Shown: piece after piece, positions 10,722 through 20,866 of the stretch | Layout: every line of letters begins with the position of its first letter | Numbering within the stretch: the stretch's first letter is position 1 | Origin: Leptolyngbyaceae cyanobacterium | GTDB lineage: Bacteria > Cyanobacteriota > Cyanobacteriia > Phormidesmidales > Phormidesmidaceae | Assembly: GCA_965263355.1 (NCBI GenBank) | Contig: CBDHHL010000056.1 | Location: 608,001-672,000, forward strand | Direction: 5' to 3' | DNA: 64,000 nucleotides | Position numbers and translations under genes: made by a program | The notes under the pieces: model-generated | Databases searched by the model: none | What the model was told of the DNA's origin: nothing | What the model saw: only the letters and a program-made list of their open reading frames with translations

Positions 10722-11381
10722 TTAGTTGTTTATTTTTGATGGTTGTGACATCGACTCAGCTGCAACAATGGTGGTGTTAGAAATGCCTGCAAGGTACTGC
10801 TTAAGTTGTTTACGCAAAATGGAGCGAGCCTGCTGAATACGCTTACGGGCGTTATCTTCTGAGATTGATAGTTGTTGGGAAATGTCTTTGTAGGAACTCT
10901 CTTTAAGAAATTTCAAGACAAATGGTTGATGCAGTCTGGGAGGGAGTTCTGCAATAATTTGCTGTAGATAGGTGATTAATTCCTGTCTGAGCAAAGTTGT
11001 TTTAGGAGAAGATGTACTAGTCAAAGCAATGGCATCTGTCACTACCTCTTCAAAATTGTCTACACCAACGGGTTGGCGACTATGGGCTCGATGTAAGTCG
11101 ACACAGAGGTTATGGGTGAGACGGGTTAACCAGGCTTTGGGATTGGTAATTTTGTCAGCATATTGAGGCCATTTGGCTCGGGCTTTAAGCATTGCGTTGC
11201 TCAAGGCTTCTTCGGCATTGGCTTGATTGCCACCCATCCATTGCAGGCAACGGTGGGATAAATAGGACTGATGCTGGAGCCAGACAGGCCAAAAATCCGG
11301 TTGTTGGTTTGAAGTACTTGATTCGATAGGAACAGTAAGGGCCAGCGGTGGACTGTAAACGGGAGCGGTTAGAGTCTTCAT
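10722..11381 (-). CDS. ECF-type RNA polymerase sigma-70 factor
   Basis: Region 2 (AEEALSNAMLKA..KAWLTRLTHNLCVD) and region 4 (LPPRLHQPF..SYKDISQQLSISEDNARKRIQQAR). Confidence 0.9.
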   Translation of the reverse strand: MKTLTAPVYSPPLALTVPIESSTSNQQPDFWPVWLQHQSYLSHRCLQWMGGNQANAEEALSNAMLKARAKWPQYADKITNPKAWLTRLTHNLCVDLHRAHSRQPVGVDNFEEVVTDAIALTSTSSPKTTLLRQELITYLQQIIAELPPRLHQPFVLKFLKESSYKDISQQLSISEDNARKRIQQARSILRKQLKQYLAGISNTTIVAAESMSQPSKINN

Positions 11382-11552
11382 TAATTAGGGCAACGAATGA
11401 ATCTATGCCCTTACGTTAGGTAGGGGATCTACCCCGATTCAAATTGCCCCAGTTATGCTGAAATGCTTATATAGCAATAGTTAAAACAATTCTGAAGACA
11501 TGCTAATTAGGATTATGCCCCGAACTTTATATGGTTAAGGGCATACACGTAA

Positions 11553-11746
11553 ATAAGAAAAAGGATAGAGGCTGCATGGCTGCATCATCGATTTACACAG
11601 ATCCATCCATTCCAGGATGGTAATGGACGAGTCGCACGCTGTCTGGCAAACCTTGTGTTTATTCAAGCTGAGTCGTCAAACGATTTAAAGATTGGCTAGA
11701 CGACATCATTGTTACAGGTCTAGAATACTGGAATAAAAGTTTGTAA
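11553..11746 (+). pseudogene. Fic-domain protein remnant
   Basis: Not in ORF track. IEAAWLHHRFTQIHPFQDGNGRVARCLANLVFIQAE contains the canonical HPFxDGNGRxxR motif. No start codon; joined out of frame to a probable C-terminus RFKDWLDDIIVTGLEYWNKSL*. Confidence 0.85.
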
Positions 11747-11762
11747 CGCTACATTGCCTTGC

Positions 11763-13448
11763 TTATACTATCAAGTCAGGATGAATACCCTGACGAATTA
11801 CTAGGTCATCTTTCAGTTGTTGTAATTCCACCAATGTATTTTCCAAAAGTATTTGCTGCCCTGCCCATTGCTTTTGTGATGGTGGCATTACAATCGATTG
11901 ATAGAGAATAGGTTTGACTGTTGTTTTGTACGTATCGATAGCCGTCAGGGCAGTGTCAGAAAAGTGAGCCAGGTAAGCACGGGCTGCATCTCGGCTAAGC
12001 TCAGGCGAAATTGTTGGTTCTGACTGGGTCGATGCTTTGTTTTTACGTCCAGCTTTGTTGATCAGGTGACTAGCGCCCCCCAAAACAGCGGCACCCATGG
12101 GGCCACCAAGTACCCAGCCAAGACCTGTTGCGATCGCAACCGGAGCCACGCCATCATCTCGTTTTTTCTGGGGGTCATCCAATTCAGGTGGGGTATTTGC
12201 GGTCTCATCCGGCGACTGCCAACCTACCCATAAATCCACCGGACACGGTTGTTCAAAAAAATCGCAGGCCTTATAAACCCATTCAGTGACAGCCCGCTTT
12301 TTTTGTTTCCACACCGGCTGTAATGTCTCTTCTAGCCACAGTGGTGCTGTGCCCTCCTGCAGTGCGGTAGCAAACCCATACTGATACTGATCCAACAAAT
12401 TTCTCAACCGCAACCAGTCCTGTAACTCAGTCACACTTTGCTGAAATCCCTTTTGCAATAGCTCCAGGGCTCGCTGTTTAATCGCCGCTCGCCGACTGTC
12501 TGGTTGCAGCATTGTCTTCAGGGTATGCAGTTGTTGTTGCAACCCTTGTTGCACCTGGGAAATTAAAGGCAACAATCGCGGCAACCGATGTTGAGACAGT
12601 TGAGGTTTACGCACCTGAACCAGACTGTGCAATGCAGATTCTAACGCTGGTAGCCCCGCCTGGGTTGCCGCCGCCATATTACCCTTAAGCCGAGCCCGCA
12701 AAGCAGGCAACGCATCCACCCCATAAAGATTACTCACCCCATCCGGCAGGGTAGCTCGAAAATCTTGGGCTAAAAATCTCAGACGATACATCACCTGTTT
12801 ACGATCCTCAGGCTCCATAAGATTGAGAAAATTCACCACAAACAACACTGTGGTAATGCCCCGATCTAGCAACCAGTCTCGCAAATGCTCCCGTTCTGTC
12901 AGGGTCATTAACTTACGGCCATCCAATAGCTGGATCACCACATCGGTCTCCAGCAGCTTGGCATAAACCAACTCATTTTGAGCCTGCCGATCATCGGTCC
13001 CCGGCAGGTCCACCAGCTCCACCCCCGATTGCAAAAATGGATGGGGACATGCCACCGCCACCGCCGCCACCTCCTGACGCATATGCCGCTGGTCATCCAG
13101 GGTGGCATACCGTTGCAAGATATCTGTACCGGGTTCTTTGAGTATTGTGCCATCCGTAAGGGTAATACAGCTGGTCAGTTCAGCCCCATAGGTGACTGTA
13201 ATCGCCGCCCCAGTGGTGGGAACCAAATCACTGGGCAAGGTTTTCTCACCCAGTAGCGCATTGAGGAGAGTCGATTTGCCATAGTTAAACGGACCAAAAA
13301 CGGTGATCCGCAGGGTAGGATTGGCGATGAGATCGCACTGACTCAACAGATTGTTTTTAAGCTCAGCATTGTTGTTGTCCAACAGCCCTACCGCTTTTCG
13401 CAGCGTCATTAGAAGAGACGTTAGTGATTCAGAGGTAGCCATTGTCAT
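11763..13448 (-). CDS. Bacterial dynamin-like GTPase (shorter partner)
   Basis: G1 GPFNYGKS, G2 PTT, G3 DLPG, G4 region VVNFLN; hydrophobic paddle VAIATGLGWVLGGPMGAAVLGG. Confidence 0.9.
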   Translation of the reverse strand: MTMATSESLTSLLMTLRKAVGLLDNNNAELKNNLLSQCDLIANPTLRITVFGPFNYGKSTLLNALLGEKTLPSDLVPTTGAAITVTYGAELTSCITLTDGTILKEPGTDILQRYATLDDQRHMRQEVAAVAVACPHPFLQSGVELVDLPGTDDRQAQNELVYAKLLETDVVIQLLDGRKLMTLTEREHLRDWLLDRGITTVLFVVNFLNLMEPEDRKQVMYRLRFLAQDFRATLPDGVSNLYGVDALPALRARLKGNMAAATQAGLPALESALHSLVQVRKPQLSQHRLPRLLPLISQVQQGLQQQLHTLKTMLQPDSRRAAIKQRALELLQKGFQQSVTELQDWLRLRNLLDQYQYGFATALQEGTAPLWLEETLQPVWKQKKRAVTEWVYKACDFFEQPCPVDLWVGWQSPDETANTPPELDDPQKKRDDGVAPVAIATGLGWVLGGPMGAAVLGGASHLINKAGRKNKASTQSEPTISPELSRDAARAYLAHFSDTALTAIDTYKTTVKPILYQSIVMPPSQKQWAGQQILLENTLVELQQLKDDLVIRQGIHPDLIV

Positions 13449-13476
13449 TAAGCCTCCTCAGCCTCCCATTGCTCCT

Positions 13477-15549
13477 TTACTCTACCGCCAACAAATACTG
13501 GTATACCGACTCTAGCTGCTGATACGCCGCATTAACGTCCCCCTGAGCCGCCTTGAGTCTCTGGGTTTCAGCATCTCGGTTAATCTCACATGTCTCTTTT
13601 TGCTTGACCAGGTTATCTAATTCCGCTTTGCGACTAGCAATATCTAGGTCAATGCGCTCCATTACTGACGTTTCGTAACTCTCAAAGCCGTCATACACCG
13701 CATCATAAATAGTCTGCCACTGTTCATCAGCAATCTTTGGTAAATGCTTGACCAGCTCCTTTCTCATGGCCTCAGCCAGTTCCTTGCGAGCCTGATCTAT
13801 CTGTAGTGCGCCAAACCCGAGACCAACAAGTACCAGCATTAAGGGTGCTAATGTGATGCTAAAAAGAGCTGATGCAATCAGGGCAACACTGCTAACGGTC
13901 AGAAAGTTGAGCAAAATACTTTGCCAGTCAAAACCAGTCGCCGCTAAGGCCACACCAGCCACATTGCCAGACGCTAGAGAAATTAACCCCATGGCCCACC
14001 TGGCCCAGTTAGGTGAATCATCTTCACCCAAACTATTGGGCAGTTTAACGGTATTCTGACCCGTGAGTTTTGCGGTCATACGGTCGGTAATTTGAGCATA
14101 GGACGCCCCATACTGGGCTGCATTTTTGGCCAGTTGCGCAAAGGCTGCATCCACATCCTTTTCAGCCGTCCGTGACCATTCATAGAACTTATCGTTAAAG
14201 TATTGCTCAAAGGCCTGCTTTAACTCAGCACTAAAGCGACCGCGTCCACCGTCACTAATAAACTCTCCCAGATGAATCTCGGGTTGGTAACGGAGAAAGT
14301 CTTCTTCAAAGGTTTTCTCCATATTGATCATATAAGTACGAAAGGAATTGGCAACAGCAGTAGATTTGCGATCGCACATAGACCGAATATCCGCCCGAAA
14401 CTGGTCGCGAATATCCGCCAACTGCTTAAACTCCGGCTCCACCGAATCAATCCGCTGCTTCAATTCATCCACATCCTGATTTAGCAACGGTAGCCGCCGC
14501 TCCAGGGCTTCCGCAAAGCGGCTTTGGGCCTGACGGCCCAGGATACGGGCCTGACGAAACTCAGCCACCGCCCGTTCTTGGGTTAAAAATCGATTAAGGG
14601 CATCAATAAATGGCGGGAAGCCAGTCCCTTCTAGGGACGCATCTGGATTTTTGAGGCGCTGGCGCAACGCATTGCGGGCGGAAATAGCAAACACACGCTC
14701 ATCGTACCAATCCTGTCCATCGATTTGGCAATAGTCCTCAAGCTGGGTATGAAAGACTTGATGTAACCTAGCTTCAGCCGCAGCAACCGCTTCTGCATCA
14801 TCAGGGTCCAATAAACTTTCCTTGACCTGGTCCCAGGCATTAATCAAAAAGAAAACCGACAGACCTCGGTCCTTTATATAGTTCTCCAGGTAGCGACGCT
14901 CTGTCAGGGTACAAGGCTGTGTAGCCCGTAATACAAATAAAATCGAGTGGCAGTTATTGATATAGCCCAAAGACAGCTCATTGCGCGCTTCCGTATCATT
15001 AAGTCCGGGGCTATCAACAATTTCTATGCCTTTTTCCAATAGGGGCAGCGGATAGTCCACCACCGCATGGCTGATATCAGGAAAGGCCAGCTCCTTATTA
15101 GCCTCTAATTGCTTTGCTTCGCCTGGGTCAATGGTGTAACGCTGTTTAAATTCTGCAAAATCAACGGATTCAGCCGCACGGTCATCAACAAAATGGACCG
15201 TTACCTTCTTCTCAGGGCCGTAGCGTAGTACCGTCAGCAGAGCCGTACAGGGGTTGACATCGCTGGGTAACAGGTTCTCTCCAATCAGGGCATTTAAGAA
15301 CGTACTTTTCCCACGCTTCATATCCCCCAGCACCAGCAACCGAAAGACACCGCGACGTAGATTTTGACTGGCGGTTTCAATATCCTCAATCGTTTGCCCT
15401 AGACCTAACCCCCCAGAGGCATCAGCACTGTCTGCTTCGGTATCCGTCAGCACTTGGGTGAGCTTGGTTAAACTATCTGCCATCCGCTGGCGTACCTGGG
15501 CAACACGATCCAGATCGCTAAAGAAATCAGTCGATTGAATTGTAGGCAT
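13477..15549 (-). CDS. Bacterial dynamin-like protein, BDLP1 type
   Basis: GDMKRGKS, NPCTA, DSPGLND and INAWD motifs plus a membrane paddle; 690 aa, like Nostoc BDLP1. Confidence 0.93.
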   Translation of the reverse strand: MPTIQSTDFFSDLDRVAQVRQRMADSLTKLTQVLTDTEADSADASGGLGLGQTIEDIETASQNLRRGVFRLLVLGDMKRGKSTFLNALIGENLLPSDVNPCTALLTVLRYGPEKKVTVHFVDDRAAESVDFAEFKQRYTIDPGEAKQLEANKELAFPDISHAVVDYPLPLLEKGIEIVDSPGLNDTEARNELSLGYINNCHSILFVLRATQPCTLTERRYLENYIKDRGLSVFFLINAWDQVKESLLDPDDAEAVAAAEARLHQVFHTQLEDYCQIDGQDWYDERVFAISARNALRQRLKNPDASLEGTGFPPFIDALNRFLTQERAVAEFRQARILGRQAQSRFAEALERRLPLLNQDVDELKQRIDSVEPEFKQLADIRDQFRADIRSMCDRKSTAVANSFRTYMINMEKTFEEDFLRYQPEIHLGEFISDGGRGRFSAELKQAFEQYFNDKFYEWSRTAEKDVDAAFAQLAKNAAQYGASYAQITDRMTAKLTGQNTVKLPNSLGEDDSPNWARWAMGLISLASGNVAGVALAATGFDWQSILLNFLTVSSVALIASALFSITLAPLMLVLVGLGFGALQIDQARKELAEAMRKELVKHLPKIADEQWQTIYDAVYDGFESYETSVMERIDLDIASRKAELDNLVKQKETCEINRDAETQRLKAAQGDVNAAYQQLESVYQYLLAVE

Positions 15550-15586
15550 TGTAAAACCTCAGGTAGTGGGTATTCGTACAAGCGCG

Positions 15587-15910
15587 TTAACCTTTATCCC
15601 GGTCGCTTTCTAGAAAGAGCTTATAACCGGCCCAGCCGATACCAAATATTAAAAGTAATGTGGCTAACCAGGTGGCTAACTTGACAGCCACAATCACACC
15701 CACGACGATCAAGCCAAATTTTGCAATTTTAGGTAGGCGCTTGTACCAGGGGCGACCTAGAGTCTCTGTCTGCTTTGTAGTCGGCTGCACTGGTGTAGAA
15801 TCCTCTAGTTCAGCCTCCAGCTCACGCAAACGCATCTTAACTTCGCGTTCCTTAAGCTCTGCTTCCCGATTTTTGAGTTCTTGCTCTTTTGACTGATGAT
15901 CAGGATTCAT
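15587..15910 (-). CDS. Small coiled-coil plus two-TM membrane protein, first gene of the dynamin operon
   Basis: Charged coiled coil ELKNREAELKEREVKMRLRELEAEL followed by two hydrophobic helices; ATG at 15910 preferred. Confidence 0.8.
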   Translation of the reverse strand: MNPDHQSKEQELKNREAELKEREVKMRLRELEAELEDSTPVQPTTKQTETLGRPWYKRLPKIAKFGLIVVGVIVAVKLATWLATLLLIFGIGWAGYKLFLESDRDKG

Positions 15911-16235
15911 GGATTTACAAAGGATCAACCACTGCTTTCCAACATAGTCGTTGTTTTCAGCACCCGCAACCCGTTAACTCCCCCTATGGGCTATGGACAA
16001 GGTTCAAACGTATTGTCATTGATAGAGAAAACCCTAAGTAAATCCAAATCACCGTTTATACAAAATCCGTATAAAACGTTTATTATTGATACGTAGTGTT
16101 TTGTAGCATTTGAGTAAGTAGACTAGTTCAATCCTTTATGTAAGATGCCAATAAGCTGTTAGCTCTCTATAGATCAGCAAACTCAATCTTGACGGACGAC
16201 TACCTATTCATGATGTTTTTGTCACTGCTACATTA

Positions 16236-18080
16236 ATGAAATTATTCCAACAGTTTCCGACTCTCCTGGAAGATCAGATCGAATATTCCTCAATGGAATT
16301 GCCCAATCAATTTCCAATCCTTTTAGAAGGGATGTTCGATGACCTACATGGGCCCCACCTTGACCCGAATCAAATCTCTGCTGCCCCACACTCTCCTGAC
16401 GAAAGTCCATATTCTCAAAGCTATTCCATTGCCGAGGTTAGTGATGGCGGATCTGGGCTGGCATCTGCCGAGGTTAGTGATGGCGGACCTAGACTCGCAT
16501 CAAGGCAGAATAGGCCTCAATCCGATTTAGGTTTTACATCCTTAGAATTTCAATTTTTAGAACATAACGATACTATTTCAGACGCAGTCGATACGGGAAT
16601 AGTGGGTCCGGGGAACTTTTTTGCGTTTACTGGCATTGGTGACAATCTGTCGTTAGCTCCAAACGATGATGTCGATCTATTTGAGCTACAGCTTACTCTG
16701 GGTGACAACCTGGTGGTAGATATCGATGCGATTACTATCGGGTCTAACCTCGACTCTGTTCTGAGTATTTTTGATTCTACGGGTACGCTAGTCGCCCAAA
16801 ATGATGACATTGACATCTTGGATTCATTTATTGACTTCACAGCGACCGCCACCGATACCTACTATATTGGTGTGAGTAGTTTTGCCAACTTTAGCTATGA
16901 TCCCTTTGTGGAGGGTAGCGGTGTTGGTAACAGTAGCGGCTTTTATACTCTCACTGTCGATGTGACCGCTGCCCCTAGTTTAGAGCCTAACGATACGATT
17001 CCAGACGCAGTCGATACTGGAATAATGGGCTCGGGTGACTTTTCTGTTGTCTCTGAAATTGGTAACAATCCGTCCCTAGCGCCAGAAGATGATGTAGATC
17101 TGTTTGAGCTGCAACTCGATGCAGGGGATCAGTTAATAGTGGATATTGATGCCGATGCTCTTGGGACCGGTCTCGATCCTATACTCACCGTATATGACTC
17201 TGCGGGTACGCTAATTGCTAAAAATGATGATTTTGATGGCTTAGACTCATTTATCGACTTTACAGCTAGCACCACTGATACTTATTACGTTGGTGTGAGT
17301 AGTTTTAGTAAAACTGACTTTGATCCCTTTGTGGAGGGTAGTGGTAATGGCAACAGTGCTGGTGCCTATACTCTCTCCATGGAAGTCAATGATGCGTCTA
17401 ATATAAGCGACTTTGATATAGAGCTTGTCTTTTTCGATGATTCTTTAACGCCTAGTCAACAGACTATTTTTGCGGCGGCAGCTAAGCGTTGGGAGCAAAT
17501 TATCATTGACGATATTCCTGATGTTTTTGTAACCGGGTTTGGGTTAATTGATGATGTTCTCATCGGGGCAAGTGCGCCTTTGATTGATGGTGTCGGTGGA
17601 ATCTTAGGTCAGGCAGGGCCAATCGCTCTGCGTAATGATGGGTCATTCTTGCCATCCATTGGAGTCATGGAATTCGACTCAGCAGATTTAATCAATCTGG
17701 AAACAAGCGGTGCCCTCGAAGATGTTATTTTGCATGAAATGGGTCACGTTCTAGGTATCGGTACGATATGGGAGGCCTTAGGCTTGTTGACTGGAGTTGG
17801 CACCGATGATCCAAGGTTTATCGGTGCTGGTGCTACGGCAGAGTATAACGATATTTTTGGGGTTGAAGAGTCTAGTATTCCCGTAGAAGCTGATGGCGGT
17901 CCAGGGACAGCGTTTGGACATTGGGACGATGAGCTTTTCTTTAACGAGTTGATGACCGGGTTTCTTTCCCCCGGAGACAACCCGTTGAGTCGTATTACCG
18001 TTGCATCTTTAGGAGATTTGGGCTACGGGGTTGATTTAAGTGCGGCAGATCCCTACACTCCCCCTAGCGTCTTTGGATAA
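16236..18080 (+). CDS. Zinc metallopeptidase (leishmanolysin/M8-like) with two PPC-type domains
   Basis: Duplicated EPNDT..DDVDLF..LDS.L...D..G.L.A.NDD domains; HEMGHVLG zinc motif, downstream GHW and ELMTG. Confidence 0.85.
   Translation: MKLFQQFPTLLEDQIEYSSMELPNQFPILLEGMFDDLHGPHLDPNQISAAPHSPDESPYSQSYSIAEVSDGGSGLASAEVSDGGPRLASRQNRPQSDLGFTSLEFQFLEHNDTISDAVDTGIVGPGNFFAFTGIGDNLSLAPNDDVDLFELQLTLGDNLVVDIDAITIGSNLDSVLSIFDSTGTLVAQNDDIDILDSFIDFTATATDTYYIGVSSFANFSYDPFVEGSGVGNSSGFYTLTVDVTAAPSLEPNDTIPDAVDTGIMGSGDFSVVSEIGNNPSLAPEDDVDLFELQLDAGDQLIVDIDADALGTGLDPILTVYDSAGTLIAKNDDFDGLDSFIDFTASTTDTYYVGVSSFSKTDFDPFVEGSGNGNSAGAYTLSMEVNDASNISDFDIELVFFDDSLTPSQQTIFAAAAKRWEQIIIDDIPDVFVTGFGLIDDVLIGASAPLIDGVGGILGQAGPIALRNDGSFLPSIGVMEFDSADLINLETSGALEDVILHEMGHVLGIGTIWEALGLLTGVGTDDPRFIGAGATAEYNDIFGVEESSIPVEADGGPGTAFGHWDDELFFNELMTGFLSPGDNPLSRITVASLGDLGYGVDLSAADPYTPPSVFG
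16430..16501. repeat. 36-bp in-frame tandem duplication
   Basis: Encodes AEVSDGGSGLAS / AEVSDGGPRLAS. Confidence 0.8.
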
Positions 18081-18101
18081 TCTAGTAAGTAGATGGTTCC
18101 A

Positions 18102-19574
18102 TCACGGAATTATTGTCGCATTACTGCCTGCCTTTTCATCCTTCAGCGGTATCCTCAAGCCTCGTCTAATCAGCGCAAACAGATCAACGGCCCCTTGAGA
18201 ACTTTGAGAACCGCCTGGTCTCAGATAACAAAGCCATAGTCCAATTGCACCCCAAGCCAATAAGCTCAATAAAAACGTTGAGGCAACCACACAGCCGCAC
18301 CCTAACAATTGATAAAGGGTTTGTTGAGCCACAGGATACACGCGAGTAAATTCGAGGGAAAAGTCATGGGCAAACAAACCAACCGCAACAGTCCCCCATA
18401 CACCACAAAACAAATGGATGGGAATTACATTGACCGGATCATCGATTCGTATGAGGTGCGATCGCAACAAACTCCCCCCAACCGCCACCAGGATGCCACC
18501 GACGGCACCAATGATACAGGCATCTAAGATAGAGACATAGGCTGACGATGCCGTAATACTGACCAGTCCACCTAAAATGCCGTTGATAATAGATGACAGT
18601 TTTACTTTATATTCCGTCGCCAAAAGACTGTATAAAAGACTGACTAAACCACCAGCCGTAGCCGCAAACATTGTCGTCATGATGACATGGGGAACATAGT
18701 CGAGAAATCGCGTAGAGCCCCCGTTAATACCAAACCAACCGATCCATAAAATCAAACATCCCAGAGTGGTAAACCCTGGATTACAAGATTCAAATTTTTC
18801 CCCCTGTAATCCATAGGGAAAACTGTCTGTGCTGGCATCATAGCCGAACTTTCCGGCCCTAGGATTTAGCAGCCAGGTACCCACTAATGCCGCTGTTCCA
18901 CCCACACAATGAATCACTGTTGAGCCGGCAAAATCATGGAAGTTGAGTGAGCTTGCCAGCCAGCCATGTTCACTCCGTACCCAATACCCCATCAGGGGAT
19001 AAATAAACCCAACGAAAACAAAGCTAAAGAGAATAAATGCCCGGAATTTTATCCTCTCAGCAATAGCCCCAGATACAATGGTGGCAGCTGTTACCGCAAA
19101 TGAGAGTTGCAACAGAAAAATAGCTGCAAAGGATCGATTTCCCCAAAAGGTTCTTAAATTCTCAAATCCCTGGGGAAACGGGTTTTGATTGATTTCAGAT
19201 GGAAATAAAGAATTTATAAATAGTCCGAGTTGGCCAAAAACAGGATTGCTACTATCGCCAAACATCAACCGAAATCCAAAAATAAAAAATGCCATTGCTG
19301 AAACGCAAAAAACAAGTAATTTTTTGGAGAGCCGATTGGTTGTATCAGTGTGGCAAATTCCTGCTTCTAACAGGGCAAATCCAGCGTTCATAAAAAATAC
19401 CAATAACGCTGCCATCAGCATCCAGATCGTATTGACGGCTGAAAACAGATCGTTAGCGACTGGGATTTGGCTAATGGCGTCTTGGGCAAATGCCTGAGGT
19501 GAGATAACGATTAAAAAAGTAAGTGTGAGTAAAACAAACCAGTAGATTGAAAACCGCTTGAACAAAATATGCAT
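18102..19574 (-). CDS. amt: Ammonium transporter (Amt family), divergent
   Basis: FMNAGFALLEAG, IVSGAIAER, HDFAGSTVIH, IDDPV..IPIH motifs; ATG at 19574 preferred. Confidence 0.88.
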   Translation of the reverse strand: MHILFKRFSIYWFVLLTLTFLIVISPQAFAQDAISQIPVANDLFSAVNTIWMLMAALLVFFMNAGFALLEAGICHTDTTNRLSKKLLVFCVSAMAFFIFGFRLMFGDSSNPVFGQLGLFINSLFPSEINQNPFPQGFENLRTFWGNRSFAAIFLLQLSFAVTAATIVSGAIAERIKFRAFILFSFVFVGFIYPLMGYWVRSEHGWLASSLNFHDFAGSTVIHCVGGTAALVGTWLLNPRAGKFGYDASTDSFPYGLQGEKFESCNPGFTTLGCLILWIGWFGINGGSTRFLDYVPHVIMTTMFAATAGGLVSLLYSLLATEYKVKLSSIINGILGGLVSITASSAYVSILDACIIGAVGGILVAVGGSLLRSHLIRIDDPVNVIPIHLFCGVWGTVAVGLFAHDFSLEFTRVYPVAQQTLYQLLGCGCVVASTFLLSLLAWGAIGLWLCYLRPGGSQSSQGAVDLFALIRRGLRIPLKDEKAGSNATIIP

Positions 19575-19847
19575 AGCCCTAAAGAGCAATAATTCGGACG
19601 ATTCGCTAGATATAGGCTGCAATCATTGATTTTTGACCATCAAGATGTCCCCAAAGCAGCCGAATTTCTCATCTTTTCCTTATGAGCCCAAAAGTGTCCG
19701 GAACGCTGACAGATGCTGAACAAATTCTTTAAATTCTGTGGGATTAGGCATCGTAGGCAATAAATATTTTTTCTTTATCTGTATTGCCACGTAAAGTAAT
19801 GAACGGGATAATGGGCGGGCAAAATTATCTGAAACTCCATAATTCCT

Positions 19848-20855
19848 ATGACTAGTAATCCACCGAAGTACAACGTTTATGGTCTTGGTAACGCTCTGGT
19901 GGATATAGAATGCGCCCTATCGGTGGAAGCCCTGGCTGCCATGGGTATGGATAAGGGCGTTATGACGTTGCTGGATGAAGCAGTCCAAAATAGTGCGATC
20001 GCACAGCTTAAAGACTATAAAGCCAAACGCTCCTGCGGGGGGTCTGCCGCTAACACCATCATCGCCATCAGCCAACTCGGTGGTAAAACTTTCTACGGCT
20101 GTAAAGTCGCCGATGACGAATATGGTCAGTTTTACACCCAAGACTTAGTCGATTGCGGCGTAGACACCAATCTAACTAGCCACGCCCCTGCCGCTGGCAT
20201 TACGGGTAAGTGTCTCGTTTTAGTCACCCCTGATGCCGATCGCACCATGGGCACGTTTCTCGGCATTTCATCCCAACTGTCTGAGGCAGACCTCAATCCT
20301 GATGCCATTGCAGATGCTGAATACACCTATATTGAAGGATTTCTTGTCAGCGGTGAAAATAGCCAACAGGCCGCCATTAAAGCTAGCCAGTTGGCCAGGG
20401 CTGCCGGACGTAAAGTGGCCATGTCCCTATCGGACTTCAACATGGTGAAGTTCTTTAAGTCAGGTCTGTTAGAAATGATTGGCGATGGCGTAGATATGCT
20501 GTTTGCCAACGAGTCCGAAGCCCTATTGATGGCAGACACCGACGACTTTGCTGCCGCCATTGAGCACACTAAAACCCTGGCTAAAGCCTTTGCCATTACC
20601 CGAGGTCCCCAAGGTTCCATCATTTTCGATGGAGAACAGGTACTGGAAATCGCCCCCTATCCAGTCGATGCCATTGACACGGTCGGTGCTGGTGACATGT
20701 ACGCCGGAGGGTTGCTTTATGGCATTACCAATGGATTAACCTGGCCCCAGGCTGGGCAATTAGGCTCCATGGCCTCAGCCAAGCTAGTCACCGCCTATGG
20801 CGCAAGAATGGCAACGGAGGAGCTACAGACTGTATTAAAACAAGTAGTTGGGTAA
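19848..20855 (+). CDS. PfkB family carbohydrate/adenosine kinase
   Basis: GNALVD, GGSAAN, RTMGTFLG, FANESEA and DTVGAGD motifs. Confidence 0.92.
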   Translation: MTSNPPKYNVYGLGNALVDIECALSVEALAAMGMDKGVMTLLDEAVQNSAIAQLKDYKAKRSCGGSAANTIIAISQLGGKTFYGCKVADDEYGQFYTQDLVDCGVDTNLTSHAPAAGITGKCLVLVTPDADRTMGTFLGISSQLSEADLNPDAIADAEYTYIEGFLVSGENSQQAAIKASQLARAAGRKVAMSLSDFNMVKFFKSGLLEMIGDGVDMLFANESEALLMADTDDFAAAIEHTKTLAKAFAITRGPQGSIIFDGEQVLEIAPYPVDAIDTVGAGDMYAGGLLYGITNGLTWPQAGQLGSMASAKLVTAYGARMATEELQTVLKQVVG

Positions 20856-20866
20856 TAGGCATTTTC

